In this document: piece by piece, positions 29,632 through 40,523 of the stretch
Layout: each line of letters starts with the position of its first letter
Position numbering within the stretch: the first letter of the stretch is position 1
Source of the DNA: an uncultured Chloroflexia bacterium
Lineage (GTDB): Bacteria > Chloroflexota > Limnocylindria > QHBO01
Assembly (NCBI GenBank): GCA_963814375.1
Contig: CAWFCQ010000002.1
Coordinates: 64,001-128,000, forward strand
Length of the DNA stretch: 64,000 nucleotides
Direction: 5' to 3'
Notes under the pieces: model-generated
Told to the model about the DNA's origin: nothing
Database searches by the model: none
What the model saw: the letters and a program-made list of their open reading frames with translations, nothing else
Position numbers and translations under genes: made by a program

Positions 29632-30318
29632 ATGATGACCGCCGACCGAGCACGGAGTCGCCGATCCCGGCGCCGCGACCGCTTCGCCACCTTCTCGGTC
29701 GCGGTCGACCTGGCCCGGCGCGGCGAGACGGTGCTCACGCTGATCGACCCTGAGGCGCGCGACCGCGACCCCGATGGCTACGGGGAGTGGCTGCGCGCGC
29801 GCCTGACGATCGCCGAGCTGCCCCGCCTCATCGTTCCCGGATGCGACGCCCGCTGCGACGGCGCCACCCACGACCCGGATGCGCTCGTCACGCTGAGTGC
29901 GATCGCTCTCGATCCGACCGAGCCGCGGGGTCCGGACTGGTGGTCCGGCTGGAACGACAGCCTCGAGCTCGCCCATCAGTACGGCCGCACGTGGTACGCC
30001 GGCGCACCGGCCATGCCGGTCACGCCGAACCGGAGACGCCTCGCGGCGGGGACGAGCCTTCGACGCATCGCCAGCACCGATCCGGCACGGATCGCCCACG
30101 ACCGCACCGCGGAGGAGAGCCTGTACGAGATCGGTGCCGGCCCCTTCGCGGGCGACTCGCTCGTGGCGGTGAGCTTCGGCCCATCGCCCCTTCTTCCCGG
30201 GCTGGCCGGCGCCCTGATCGCGCCGGATCATCCGCCGGCCCGGGATCCCCAGGTGGCGATCCGTCTCCTGGCGGCCGGCTGGTCGGCGGTGGAGCGAGGG
30301 CTTCCGTTCGAGGAATAG
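29632..30318 (+). CDS. Hypothetical protein
   Basis: Fills the gap between genes with GC-typical codon use; no family recognised. Confidence 0.65.
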   Translation: MMTADRARSRRSRRRDRFATFSVAVDLARRGETVLTLIDPEARDRDPDGYGEWLRARLTIAELPRLIVPGCDARCDGATHDPDALVTLSAIALDPTEPRGPDWWSGWNDSLELAHQYGRTWYAGAPAMPVTPNRRRLAAGTSLRRIASTDPARIAHDRTAEESLYEIGAGPFAGDSLVAVSFGPSPLLPGLAGALIAPDHPPARDPQVAIRLLAAGWSAVERGLPFEE

Positions 30319-30324
30319 CGCTCG

Positions 30325-32349
30325 TCAGCCGCGGTCAGGCTCGGAACGCTGGCGCGGCTTGGCCCGGGCCGGCTCGGCCACCGGTCCGGCGCCGTCATGC
30401 TTCATGGTCTGCGGTGAAAGGGGCGCGTCGGACCGCATCGGTGCCGTATCGCGCTCGGCGTGGATCACGTGCATCACGGCGTTGATCAGGGCGAGGTGCG
30501 TGAAGGCCTGGGGGAAGTTGCCGAGGTGGCGGCCGGTGTCGGGGTCGAGCTCCTCCCCGTAGAGGCCGAGCGAGCTCGCGTAGGAGAGGAGCTTCTCGCA
30601 CAGGCGGCGGGCGCGATGAACCTCGCCGATCTCGACCAGCGCCGAGACGAGCCAGAAGGAGCAGATCGTGAAGCTGCCCTCGGCGCCCGAGAGGCCGTCG
30701 TCGGTGAGCTCGGTGCGATAGCGCAGGACGAGCCCGTCATCGGTCAGCTCATCCGCGATGGCGAGGACCGTGCGGCGGATGCGCTCGTCGGTCGGTGGCA
30801 GGAAGCGCACGAGCGGCATGAGCAGAAGGGAGGCGTCGAGCGCATCGGTCTCGTAGTGCTGGGTGAAGACGCCGCGCTCGTCGAGGCCGTTCTCGCAGAT
30901 GTCGGCGTGGATCTCGTCCGCCGCCGCCTGCCAGCGTTCGACCAGCTCGGTTTCGTCACGCAGCCGCGCGAGGCGGGCGCCGCGATCGGCGGCCACCCAG
31001 CACATGAGCTTCGAGCTGGTGAAGTGCTTGGGATCGCCGCGCACCTCCCAGATCCCGCGGTCGCGCTCACGCCACGCCGCCAGGGCGGCCTCGACCTGGC
31101 GGACCATCAGCGGCCAGATGCGTTCATCGAGGTGGTCGCGCGACTTGGTGTGGAGATAGACCGAGTCCAGCACCGCCCCCCACACGTCGTGCTGGCGCTG
31201 CCCGTAGGCGTCGTTCCCGACGCGCACCGGGCGGGCGCCCTCGTACCCGTCGAGGTGGTCGAGGATTCGCTCCGGCAGCGCACGCTCGCCGTCGACGCCG
31301 TACATGATCTGGAGCTGCTCGTCGCGCTCTGCGACGTCGGCGATGAAGTGGAGATAGTCGTTCGCCTCCCACTCGAAACCGAGGGTGTAGAGGCCCCACA
31401 GCGCGAAGGTCGAGTCCCTGATCCAGCTGTAGCGGTAGTCCCAGTTCCGTTCGCCGCCCGGCGTCTCGGGCAGCGAGGTCGTGGGCGCAGCCACGATCGC
31501 CCCGCTCGGCGCATAGGTCAGGCCCTTGAGCGTCAGCGCCGAGCGCTCGAGGTGCGAGCGCCAGGGATGATCGGGGAACGTGCCGCGCGCCAGCCAGTGC
31601 TGCCAGTGGTGGGCGGTCCACACCAGTCGCCGGTAGGCATCGTCCGCGGTGCGGGGTCCCGCGGCTCCATTCCAGGCGAGAGCGACGAAGCGCTGCTCGC
31701 CCTCCTTGATCATCGTCCGGCCGACAGCGCGGTTGCGCTCGAAGCCGATGTTGATATCGCTGCTGAGGACGAGCTCGACGTCGCTGGCGTCCGATCGACA
31801 CACGCCCTGCTGGTAGGCGTCCTCGGTGTAGCTCCACGTGCCGCGATGGAGGCCGTACTCGAAGACCGGCTCGCAATCGAGCGTCAGCTGCATCTCGCCG
31901 TTCACGCAGCGCACCATGCGCAGCAGGACATGGCTGGCGTCGTAGTCCGTCGGCGGGCGCCGATGCGTGTGCGACCGCTCCTCGGTATGCCGCCACGGGC
32001 CGATCAGGAGGACGTCGCGCACGATCACCCAGCCGGTCGGCGAGCCCCAGCTCGTCTCGAGGACCATGGTCCCCGGCAGGTAGCGGCGGGCAGCCGGGAC
32101 GAGGATGTCGGACGGGCCGAAGCGGAAGCTGCCCGCGTCGCGGTCGAGGATCGCGCCGAAGACGCTGGGCGAGTCGAGCCGCGGTAGGCACAGCCACTCG
32201 ACATTGCCGGACGGGGCGACCAGCGCGGTGCTCTCGCAATCGGAGAGGAAGCCGTACTCGCCGATCGGCGCGAACGGTGATGCGCCGAATGGTCGGTCGG
32301 CATCGGGCAGGCTGCGCTCGTGGCGTCCGACCAGACCCTCGCTTGCCAT
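30325..32349 (-). CDS. Glycoside hydrolase family 15 (trehalase/glucoamylase-like)
   Basis: PTTSLPE..GGERNWDYRYSWIRD, GIWEVRG, GNFPQAFTH; GGAGGT RBS. Confidence 0.95.
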   Translation of the reverse strand: MASEGLVGRHERSLPDADRPFGASPFAPIGEYGFLSDCESTALVAPSGNVEWLCLPRLDSPSVFGAILDRDAGSFRFGPSDILVPAARRYLPGTMVLETSWGSPTGWVIVRDVLLIGPWRHTEERSHTHRRPPTDYDASHVLLRMVRCVNGEMQLTLDCEPVFEYGLHRGTWSYTEDAYQQGVCRSDASDVELVLSSDINIGFERNRAVGRTMIKEGEQRFVALAWNGAAGPRTADDAYRRLVWTAHHWQHWLARGTFPDHPWRSHLERSALTLKGLTYAPSGAIVAAPTTSLPETPGGERNWDYRYSWIRDSTFALWGLYTLGFEWEANDYLHFIADVAERDEQLQIMYGVDGERALPERILDHLDGYEGARPVRVGNDAYGQRQHDVWGAVLDSVYLHTKSRDHLDERIWPLMVRQVEAALAAWRERDRGIWEVRGDPKHFTSSKLMCWVAADRGARLARLRDETELVERWQAAADEIHADICENGLDERGVFTQHYETDALDASLLLMPLVRFLPPTDERIRRTVLAIADELTDDGLVLRYRTELTDDGLSGAEGSFTICSFWLVSALVEIGEVHRARRLCEKLLSYASSLGLYGEELDPDTGRHLGNFPQAFTHLALINAVMHVIHAERDTAPMRSDAPLSPQTMKHDGAGPVAEPARAKPRQRSEPDRG

Positions 32350-32408
32350 CTTCACCTCCCGCCGATTGGGGGCGACAGTCTCACACGGAGGTGCAAGCCC
32401 CGCCAAGC

Positions 32409-33269
32409 CTACAGATCGGCCTCGAAGGTGTTGCAGCCGTTCGCCGAGCCGGATTCCATCCCGTTCGTGAACCATTCCTGGCGCTGCTCGGACGAGCCGT
32501 GGGTCCACGTCTCCGGGGTGACCTGGCCCTGGGTCTGCTCCTGGATGCGATCGTCGCCGATGACCGATGCCGCATCGAGCGCCTGCGCGATCTGCTCCCG
32601 GCTGAGCGGCTCGAGGAAGCCGGTCTCGACCGCGTTCGCGCCCCAGACGCCGGCGAAGCAGTCGGCCATCAGCTCGACACGGACGGCGCCGCCCTCGGCC
32701 CCAGCATCGCGGCCCTGCTCGAGGAAGCCGAGCAGGTTCTCCATGTGGTGCCCGTATTCGTGGGCGATCACGTACATCTCCGCGAAGGGCCCGCCCTCCG
32801 CGCCGAACCTCGACTCGAGCTCGTCGTAGAAGCCGAGATCGATGTAGATCGTCTGGTCCAGCGGGCAGTAGAACGGCCCGACCGCGCTCGTGGCGCCGCC
32901 GCAGGCGGTGTTGACTGCTTCGCTGAAGACCTCGACACCCGGCTGCTGGAACTCACCCTGGTTGGCGTAGGCTTCGGCCCAGTAGGCGTCCAGGCTCTGG
33001 ATCGCCCCGAGCAGACGGCAGTCCTGCCGCGTGTTCGCGTCCGCGCCGGTCTCGCACTCGCTGATCGCCTGGCTGCCGACCGGACCCTCGCTCAGTCCGC
33101 CTCCCAAGCCGGCCAGGTCGCCGAGATCGCCGCCGAACAGGAGGACGACGGCGACGAGGATCAGGCTGCCAAGCCCGCCGCCCACCGCGAGGCCGCCACC
33201 GCTGACGCGGCGTCCACGGCTGTCGCGGACCCGGCCCGGATCGAGGTCAACATCCCGTCGAAAGGTCAT
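32409..33269 (-). CDS. Neutral zinc metallopeptidase (YpfJ-like)
   Basis: GPFYCPLD, AHEYGHH, ELMADC, THGSSEQR; distal part of chimeric ORF 32409-34313. Confidence 0.92.
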   Translation of the reverse strand: MTFRRDVDLDPGRVRDSRGRRVSGGGLAVGGGLGSLILVAVVLLFGGDLGDLAGLGGGLSEGPVGSQAISECETGADANTRQDCRLLGAIQSLDAYWAEAYANQGEFQQPGVEVFSEAVNTACGGATSAVGPFYCPLDQTIYIDLGFYDELESRFGAEGGPFAEMYVIAHEYGHHMENLLGFLEQGRDAGAEGGAVRVELMADCFAGVWGANAVETGFLEPLSREQIAQALDAASVIGDDRIQEQTQGQVTPETWTHGSSEQRQEWFTNGMESGSANGCNTFEADL

Positions 33270-33376
33270 GTGGTGCGCTCTCCGAGTCGATTGATCATTC
33301 GCTTGGTCGCTGAGCGACCACTGCCGCATCCATAGCGTCCGGCGTGCCAGCGCCGGTCGGATGCGTGATTCCGCGC

Positions 33377-34416
33377 TCACGGCGCCAGCCGTCTCGGCCA
33401 GCCAGCCGATGGCCTCCGGATACCGCCACTCGATGCCCGCGTGGGTCCCGTCGAAGAGCTCGTAATGCACGATCGGCTCCCCGATGCCGATCGACTCCAG
33501 CTCGGCGCGAAACGCGTCGGCGCCCAGGTCGAGGTAGAAGTCGTCGCTGCGCCCGGCGTCGATCCAGATCGCGCGAAGCGAGCGCAGCGCGTCGGCGTGG
33601 CGGGCGACCATCCGCACCGGGTCCCACGCGAGCCAGCGTTCCCAGACGTCAGGGCGCAGCCGGCCGGTGGTCGGCTCGAACGGGACCTGGACCGTGCCGT
33701 CGGCATCGGCGGAGTAGCAGGCGGCCATGCACCATGTGTTCAGGAGAGCGTCGTCCGACCGCTTCGGACGGCCGGGACGGTCGCGGACGTCCGCCCAGAA
33801 CGCGTCGAACGAGCCGTCGTACATGTCGCGCAGGGAACGGGCCGCGTCACGGAAGTCCGGCAGATAGCACGCCTCGAAGAGGGCGTCGCCCGCATGCGTG
33901 GCGAGGCCCCCGAAGAGGTCGGGGCGCAGCATCGGCGTGACCATGGCGCCGTAGCCGCCGCTGCTCTTGCCGGCGATGCCGCGGTGCGCCGCCGCGGCCA
34001 GCGTGCGGTAGCGATCGTCGACGAATGGCACGACCTCGTCGCAGAGGTACGTGTGGTAGCGCCCGGTCGCCGCCGAGTCGAGGAACTGGGACCCGCCGAT
34101 GCTGGTCCAGGCGTCGACGAAGACGACGAGCGCGGGTGTCGCCGCGGAGGCGAACCAGGCGTCGATCGTCTCGATCGGCGACGCCACGAACGCCTTGCGG
34201 TTGCGCCACATGTCGAGCTGGCCGGTCAGCCCCTGGATGACGTACACGGTCGGGTATCGGCGATCCGCGTCCTCGTCGTAGCCGGGCGGCGTGTAGACGT
34301 ACAGGGGCCGCACATGCGGGTCGCCCAGCGGATTGCCGGTGAGTGCCTGGCTGTCGATCGTGATGCTCGTCGAGCCGGCCCGCCCAGCGGTGGCCCCAGG
34401 GTGGCGGTAGCTCCAT
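33377..34416 (-). CDS. Alpha/beta-hydrolase esterase (two apparent frameshifts, about 34366 and 33393)
   Basis: GNPLGDP.VRPLYVYTPPGY, GKSSGG, catalytic His in GTH; N-terminus MELPP and C-terminus RLAP* lie in adjacent frames. Confidence 0.85.
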
Positions 34417-34464
34417 CGGCGGAGCGTAGCAGGCGTGAGCGGTCACCGGCCCCCTGGGTGTCCC

Positions 34465-35190
34465 TCAGGTCTCCCCGCGCAGCTCGACGGTCTCGAGACG
34501 TCTCACGGCCAGGATCGCGGCACCGGCGGTCACCACCACGATCGCGCCGATCGCGACCTGCAGGCCGATCTCCGCGACTCCGGTCGCGTTCTCCCCGCCG
34601 AGCGCCTCCGCGACCGCCAGCACGTGCTGGCGGACGCTGAACGTGCGGGTGCCGGCGAAGAGCCCGGCCACGACGCCCTCCCAGATGACGACGTATGCCA
34701 GCCCGACGATCAGCGCGCGCGACGTGACGAGCGACAGCGCGACGAAGATCGCGGTGTACTCGAGGGCCCCCACGGTCGCCGCCACCGCGAAGGCGATGGC
34801 GAGCGCCGGATCGTCCAGGCCGATGAGCCCGGCAACGAGCGTCGCGGGAACCACGAGGAGCGCGACGACGACCCAGGCCACGAGGAGCTTCACGATCACG
34901 ATCCGCCACCTCGGGACGGGCCGGGCCAGGAGGTAGACGATCGTCCCGTCGTCGAGCTCGGAACCGATCGCCGCGGTCCCGACGATCACGGCGACGAGTG
35001 GCAGGAGGACGCCGATGGCGAGGTCGCTGAGCAGGGTCCGCGTGACCTCCCGCGCCTGCTCGGGCGTCGGCTCGCTGAGAAGGAAGAGGCCGACGATCGC
35101 GATCAGCATGACCCCGAGCAGCGCCAGCAGCAGCGTGCGCCGACGGTTCAGGAGCGAGCGGAGGGTGATCGAGACGAGCGCTCCGGTCAT
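34465..35190 (-). CDS. ABC-2 type transporter permease
   Basis: ELDDGTIVYLLARPVPR, about 6 TM. Confidence 0.9.
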   Translation of the reverse strand: MTGALVSITLRSLLNRRRTLLLALLGVMLIAIVGLFLLSEPTPEQAREVTRTLLSDLAIGVLLPLVAVIVGTAAIGSELDDGTIVYLLARPVPRWRIVIVKLLVAWVVVALLVVPATLVAGLIGLDDPALAIAFAVAATVGALEYTAIFVALSLVTSRALIVGLAYVVIWEGVVAGLFAGTRTFSVRQHVLAVAEALGGENATGVAEIGLQVAIGAIVVVTAGAAILAVRRLETVELRGET

Positions 35191-36098
35191 CGGCGAACGA
35201 GGTAGCTGAAGACCGATTCGAGCGACTCGTCTGCCGGCCGCAGCTCGAGGAGCGACACCCCCGCGCGCTGTGCGGCCGGGCCGACGTTCCGCGTCAGCGC
35301 GCCGTAGTCGCGGGTGCTGACGGTGAGGACGCCCTCGTGCAGGTTGACGGCATCGACCTCCGGCGTGGCGAGGAGCTCGCGCGCGAGCCGCCGATCGTCG
35401 CTCGAGCGGAGCGTGAAGCTGTGCGGTCGATCGGTCATCAGGCGGCGGATCCGCCGGAAGTCGCCCGACGCGGCCAGCCGTCCGGCGACCACGACGAGGA
35501 CCTGGTCCGAGAGCCGCTCGACCTCCTCGAGGATGTGGCTGCTGAACAGGATGGTCCGACCCTCGGCCGCCATCGAGCGGAGCAGGCCCATCATGTGAAG
35601 CCGCTGACGCGGATCCATGCCATTGAAGGGCTCGTCGAGGATGAGGACCGACGGATCGTGGACGAGCGCGGCCGCGACCTTCACCCGCTGGCGCATGCCC
35701 TTCGAGTAGCCGCCGATCGCGCGCCCGGCGGCGTCATGCAGGTCGACCAGGCCGATGGCTCGCTCTGCCGCACCGCCCGGATCGTCGAGCTCCTGGAGCC
35801 TGGCGGCGGCGGTCACGAACTGGAGCCCGGTCAGGAAGCCGTACACAGCCTCGCGCTCGGGGACGAGGCCCACCCGCCGGTACAGCTCGGGATGCCGCCA
35901 GGTCGGAGTCTCATCGAGCTGTACGGTGCCGGCGCTCGGGCGGAGGAAGCCGGCCATCATGTGCAGCAGGGTCGTCTTGCCGGCTCCGTTCGGGCCGAGC
36001 AGGCCGGTGATGCCAGCCCCCACTTCGAAGGTCACATCGTTGACCGCGACGACGTTGCCATACCAGCGCGACGCGGCCTCGAGGCGCAGGACGCTCAT
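35187..36098 (-). CDS. ABC transporter ATP-binding protein
   Basis: GPNGAGKT, YSKGMRQR, ILDEP, SSH. Confidence 0.95.
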   Translation of the reverse strand: MSVLRLEAASRWYGNVVAVNDVTFEVGAGITGLLGPNGAGKTTLLHMMAGFLRPSAGTVQLDETPTWRHPELYRRVGLVPEREAVYGFLTGLQFVTAAARLQELDDPGGAAERAIGLVDLHDAAGRAIGGYSKGMRQRVKVAAALVHDPSVLILDEPFNGMDPRQRLHMMGLLRSMAAEGRTILFSSHILEEVERLSDQVLVVVAGRLAASGDFRRIRRLMTDRPHSFTLRSSDDRRLARELLATPEVDAVNLHEGVLTVSTRDYGALTRNVGPAAQRAGVSLLELRPADESLESVFSYLVRR

Positions 36099-36982
36099 AC
36101 CGTGATGCGCCGATAGCGCACGAAGAGCACGAGCCACGATCCCAGCAGGAGAACGGCAGTCGCGAGCCCATACACGGGGAGCGGAACGCTGCTCGACCCG
36201 ACCGGCGACTGGGCAACTTCGCCGCCGAACACCCATTGTCGAGCGCCGTCGATGATGCTCAGCGGGTTGAGGAACGGCGCCCAGTCGTCGAACGCCCCGC
36301 CCGCCTCTCTGAGCACCTCGCTGATCACTCCGCCGATGAGGAACACGGCCAGGACCGCGCCGGCGGCGTATGCGCGGCGCGAGGCGAGGGAGCAGATCGC
36401 GATTCCGACGCTCGCCAGCACGACCGCGTGAAGCACCCCGCTGCCGACGATGGCGGGAAGGGAGCCGATCTCGTCACCCAGCGCCCCAAGCAGGTCGTCG
36501 GCGGCGAGGACCTTGCCGACGAAGAGGATGAGCAGCGGCAGGAGCGTCAGCGACAGGAGGCCCAGCGTGAGGGCCACGAGCTTGGCGCTGACGTAGTCGA
36601 AGCGGCTCATCGGCCGGCTGAAGTAGAGCGGCAGCACGCGGTAGCGGATGTCGTTGACGACGAGCTCCGGCGCCTGGGCGGCGAGGAAGATCCCGAAGAG
36701 CCCGCCGATCTGCCAGAGGTAGTTGTCGTAGTCGTAGAGGTCCGGGATGATGTCGCCCGCCAGGACCCGAACGGCGACCGCCACGATTGCCGGCAGGATG
36801 GCGAGGATCACGGCTCCCCACGGGATGATCTTCGAGCGCCCCGAGCGCCCGAACCCGAAGACGGCGCGCACGCCGGCCCGCACGACGGCGCCGACCGCAC
36901 CGCCACGACCGAGGCGCGGGCCGTCATAGCGGCGGTAGCCGATGTCGTAGATCGTCCCCCCGGCGTCGGCCTGGGCGGTCAT
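36095..36982 (-). CDS. ABC transporter permease
   Basis: IYDIGYRRY, LYFSRP, multiple TM. Confidence 0.88.
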   Translation of the reverse strand: MTAQADAGGTIYDIGYRRYDGPRLGRGGAVGAVVRAGVRAVFGFGRSGRSKIIPWGAVILAILPAIVAVAVRVLAGDIIPDLYDYDNYLWQIGGLFGIFLAAQAPELVVNDIRYRVLPLYFSRPMSRFDYVSAKLVALTLGLLSLTLLPLLILFVGKVLAADDLLGALGDEIGSLPAIVGSGVLHAVVLASVGIAICSLASRRAYAAGAVLAVFLIGGVISEVLREAGGAFDDWAPFLNPLSIIDGARQWVFGGEVAQSPVGSSSVPLPVYGLATAVLLLGSWLVLFVRYRRITV

Positions 36983-37902
36983 GCGGCGCTCTCGTCGCGG
37001 AAGAGGTCCTCGAGCTGGTGGCGCCGATGCTCGATCCTCACGAGCGGCATACCGAGCGCGACCGCCTCGTCGCGCACGGCGTCGTAGACGTCGAACTCGC
37101 CGCCGCCGGCCGAAGCGATCTCGACGAGCACCGTGCGTCCGGTCGCCGTCGCCGTCAGCCCGCGGCCCGTGAGCCGCTCCGCGAGCGGACCGGCCGCCTC
37201 CTCGGTCTCGACCACCAGCTGGCCGGTGCGCTCGGTGAAGCTCGTCAGCGGCGCGGTTCGCAGCAGCCGCCCGGCGTCGATCGCGACGAGCCAGTCGGCG
37301 ACGCGCTCGATCTCGCCCAGGAGGTGGCTTGCGACGACCACGGTCATCCCGAAGTCGCGCCCGATCCGTTCGATCAGGCCGAGCATCTCGTCGCGGCCCG
37401 CCGGGTCGAGCCCGTTGGTCGGCTCGTCCAGGAAGAGCAGGCGCGGGTCGTGGACGATGGCCTGGGCGAGCTTGACGCGCTGCTTCATGCCGGTCGAGTA
37501 GCCCCCGATCGGCCGATACCGCTCCTCGTAGAGGCCGACATGGCGAAGCACGTCCGCCGTCCGCTCGCGTGCCGCGCCTCCCGGCAGTCCGGAGACGCGG
37601 GCCATGTGGCTCACGAACTCGGTGGCGCTGACGTCCGTCGGCAGGCAGTCGTGCTCGGGCATGTAGCCGACCAGCTCGCGGATCCGTGCTCCCTGGCTCC
37701 GCGTGTCCAGGTCGAGGACGGTGGCGTCGCCCTCGGTCGGCTCGAGCAGACCCAGCAGGATCTTGATCAGCGTGCTCTTGCCGGCCCCGTTGGCGCCCAC
37801 GAGGCCGATGACGCCTTCGCCGATCTCGACACTGAGGCCGGCGAGCGCGGTGACGCCGCCGGGGTAGCGCTTCGTGAGCGCCCGGGTGCTGATGAGGGAC
37901 AT
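36979..37902 (-). CDS. ABC transporter ATP-binding protein
   Basis: GANGAGKS, YSTGMKQR, FLDEPT. Confidence 0.95.
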   Translation of the reverse strand: MSLISTRALTKRYPGGVTALAGLSVEIGEGVIGLVGANGAGKSTLIKILLGLLEPTEGDATVLDLDTRSQGARIRELVGYMPEHDCLPTDVSATEFVSHMARVSGLPGGAARERTADVLRHVGLYEERYRPIGGYSTGMKQRVKLAQAIVHDPRLLFLDEPTNGLDPAGRDEMLGLIERIGRDFGMTVVVASHLLGEIERVADWLVAIDAGRLLRTAPLTSFTERTGQLVVETEEAAGPLAERLTGRGLTATATGRTVLVEIASAGGGEFDVYDAVRDEAVALGMPLVRIEHRRHQLEDLFRDESAA

Positions 37903-37925
37903 GCGCCCCTCAGTCTAGAGGGCGG

Positions 37926-38123
37926 CTACATGTGCGGTTCGTACGACGGGTCGAGGAATTTCGCGGGGTCCTCCTCGAAGTCCAGCTTGCAGCCTCGACC
38001 GCAGAAGTAGTACGTCGCCCCGTCATGTTCCGCGCTGAGTCCCCCTGCGCCGGCGATCTCCTCGTTGACCTTCATGCCGCACACGGGATCGGTTGCCGTC
38101 GGTGTCGTCGGTAGCTCGTTCAT
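37926..38123 (-). CDS. YHS-domain protein
   Basis: DPVCGM...YYFCGRGC...F..DP; coupled to copA. Confidence 0.9.
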   Translation of the reverse strand: MNELPTTPTATDPVCGMKVNEEIAGAGGLSAEHDGATYYFCGRGCKLDFEEDPAKFLDPSYEPHM

Positions 38124-40398
38124 CGGATCTCCATGGAGTTCTGACCGGTCATGCGGAAGGCGCGAAGCCGCAGCGAGTTGCCGACGACGCTCACGCTCGA
38201 GAGGGCCATGGCGGCGGCCGCCAGCGCCGGGTTCAGCAGCAGCCCTGCCACCGGGTAGAGGATCCCGGCCGCGACCGGGATGAGGAGGACGTTGTATCCG
38301 AAGGCCCAGCCCAGGTTCTGCCGGATCGTTCGCATCGTGGCGCGCGACAGGCGCACGGTGGTCGGCACACCGCCGAGGTCGTCTCGAACCAGGGTGATGT
38401 CCGATGCCTGGAGCGCGACGTCGGCGCCGGTGCCGATCGAGATCCCGACATCGGCCCGTGCCAGCGCCGGGGCGTCATTGATCCCGTCGCCGACCATCGC
38501 GACGACGGCGCCGGATGCCGCCAGCTCTTCGACGAACGCGGCCTTGTCGCCCGGCAGGACCTCGGCCCGGATGCGTTCCGGTCCGATGCCGACGAGCTCG
38601 CCGACGGCTTCCGCCGTCGTCCGCCGATCGCCGGTCACCATCCAGACATCGATGCCGAGCCCGCGAAGCGCGGCGACCGCATCGGCCGCCCTCGGCTTGA
38701 CGGTGTCGGCCAGGCCGACCTCGCCGATGAGCTCGCCGTCGCGCGCCACGTGAACCAGGGACATGCCGGGATCGCCTCCTTCGTCGGGCGGGGAGGCATC
38801 GATCCCTGCGTCGGAGAGGAACCGAGCGGTCCCGACCAGGATCTCGGCGCCTTCGACCGTGGCGCGAACGCCCATCCCGGCGACGGCGGCGAACGACGTC
38901 GCCTCGAGCGGCTCGATGCCGAGGAGGTCGGCGTGGCGAACGATCGCCTCGCCAAGCGGGTGCTCGCTGCCACGCTCTGCGGTCGCGGCGAGACGCAGGA
39001 GCGCGCGCTCATCGACTCCCGCAGCCGGCCGCACCACGGTCACCGATGGCTCTCCGCGCGTGATGGTGCCCGTCTTGTCCAGGACGACGGCGTCGATGCG
39101 CTCCGCGTGCTCGAGCGCGGCGCCGTCGCGGACGAGGACCCCGTTCTCGGCCCCCTTGCCGGTGCCGACCATGATCGCGGTAGGGGTGGCGAGACCCATG
39201 GCACAGGGGCAGGCGATGATGAGGACGGCGATCGCCGAGCTCAATGCCAGCGGCAGGCGAGGTTCCGGACCGAGCAGCATCCAACCGGCGAAGGTCACAG
39301 CGGCGATGACCATGACGGCGGGGACGAACCATCCGGTGACGCGATCGGCGACCCGCTGGATCGGCGCCTTGGACCCCTGGGCACGCTCGACGAGCGCGAC
39401 GATCTGCGCGAGCGCGGTCTCGCTCCCGACGCGCTCGGCCCGCATGACGAACGACCCGCTCGCGTTGATGGTGGCGCCGATGGCCCGGTCGCCGCTGCGC
39501 TTCTCGACGGGGAGGGCCTCGCCGGTCAACATCGACTCGTCGACGGCCGAGGCACCGTCGACGATCACGCCGTCGACGGGGATGCGGTCACCCGGGCGCA
39601 CCCGCAGCAGGTCGCCGATCGCGACCTGCTCGACGGGGACCTCTCGCTCACCGCCGTCGCGCAGGACGCGCGCCGTTGGAGGCTGAAGATTGAGGAGCGC
39701 CTTGACGGCCCCGGCCGCGCGTCCCTTGGCGCGCGCCTCGAGCCATCGACCGAAGAGGACGAGTCCGATGATGACCGCGGCGGTGTCGAAGTAGGTCTCG
39801 TGGGACAGTCCGGCCGCCATCACCGCCTCGGGCATGAGGGTGATGAACAGCGAGTAGCCGTACGCGGCCATCGTCCCGAGGGCGACGAGCGTGTTCATGT
39901 TCGCCTCGCCGTGCCGCGCGCCGCGCAGGGCGGCCACGAGGAACCGGCGCCCGAACACGAACTGGACGATCGTTGCCGGCACGAGGAGCCAGCGATTGAT
40001 CTGCTCCATCGGCCACGGCGCGCCGCCGGGCCAGAACATGATCGCCATCATCACCACACCGATGCCCAGCGACGCGAGTGCCTGGAACAACAGCTCCCGC
40101 TGCTCGGTAACGTGTGCCGCCTCCTCGGCATGCTCGGCTCCCATCGAGGCGCCGGAGCTTTGGCGGCGACGTCATATCCGGCGGCCTCGATCGCGGCCAC
40201 GATCCCAGTGCGGTCGATGCGCGCCGGGTCGAAGCGCACCGTGGCCCGCTCGGTGGCGAGGTTCACGGTCGCCTCGTCGACGCCCTCCGCGCGGTTCACG
40301 AACCGCTCGATCCGGTTGACGCAGCTGGCGCAGGTCATGCCGAGCACGCTGATCGAGATCTCGGACGTCGGCGGCGACGTGGGGGAAGCGTTTGTCAT
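38120..40398 (-). CDS. copA: Cu(I)-translocating P1B-type ATPase (frameshift about 40145-40170)
   Basis: GMTCASC HMA in upstream frame; TGE, CPC, DKTGT, HP, GDGIND, YN, MALSS. Confidence 0.92.
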
Positions 40399-40409
40399 CG
40401 GCTGACAGG

Positions 40410-40426
40410 ATACTACAGGGGAGTAT
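40410..40426. promoter_or_regulatory. CsoR-like operator overlapping the copA promoter
   Basis: ATACT-ACAGGGG-AGTAT: TAC/GTA arms around a G-tract, overlapping a minus-strand TATCCT -10. Confidence 0.7.
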
Positions 40427-40523
40427 ATGAGCCTAGCGGCGCGGCAGGCCAATTCGGTGGCCAGTGCACATCGCGGCACGCGCATTGCTGAACGCGGCCA
40501 CAACACTCACGCAAAGGGGGACC

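Noticed and set aside
32409-34313. 634-aa esterase-metallopeptidase fusion ORF
   Set aside because: One extra base near 33393 bypasses the natural RLAP* stop; the linker looks intergenic and the peptidase has its own start
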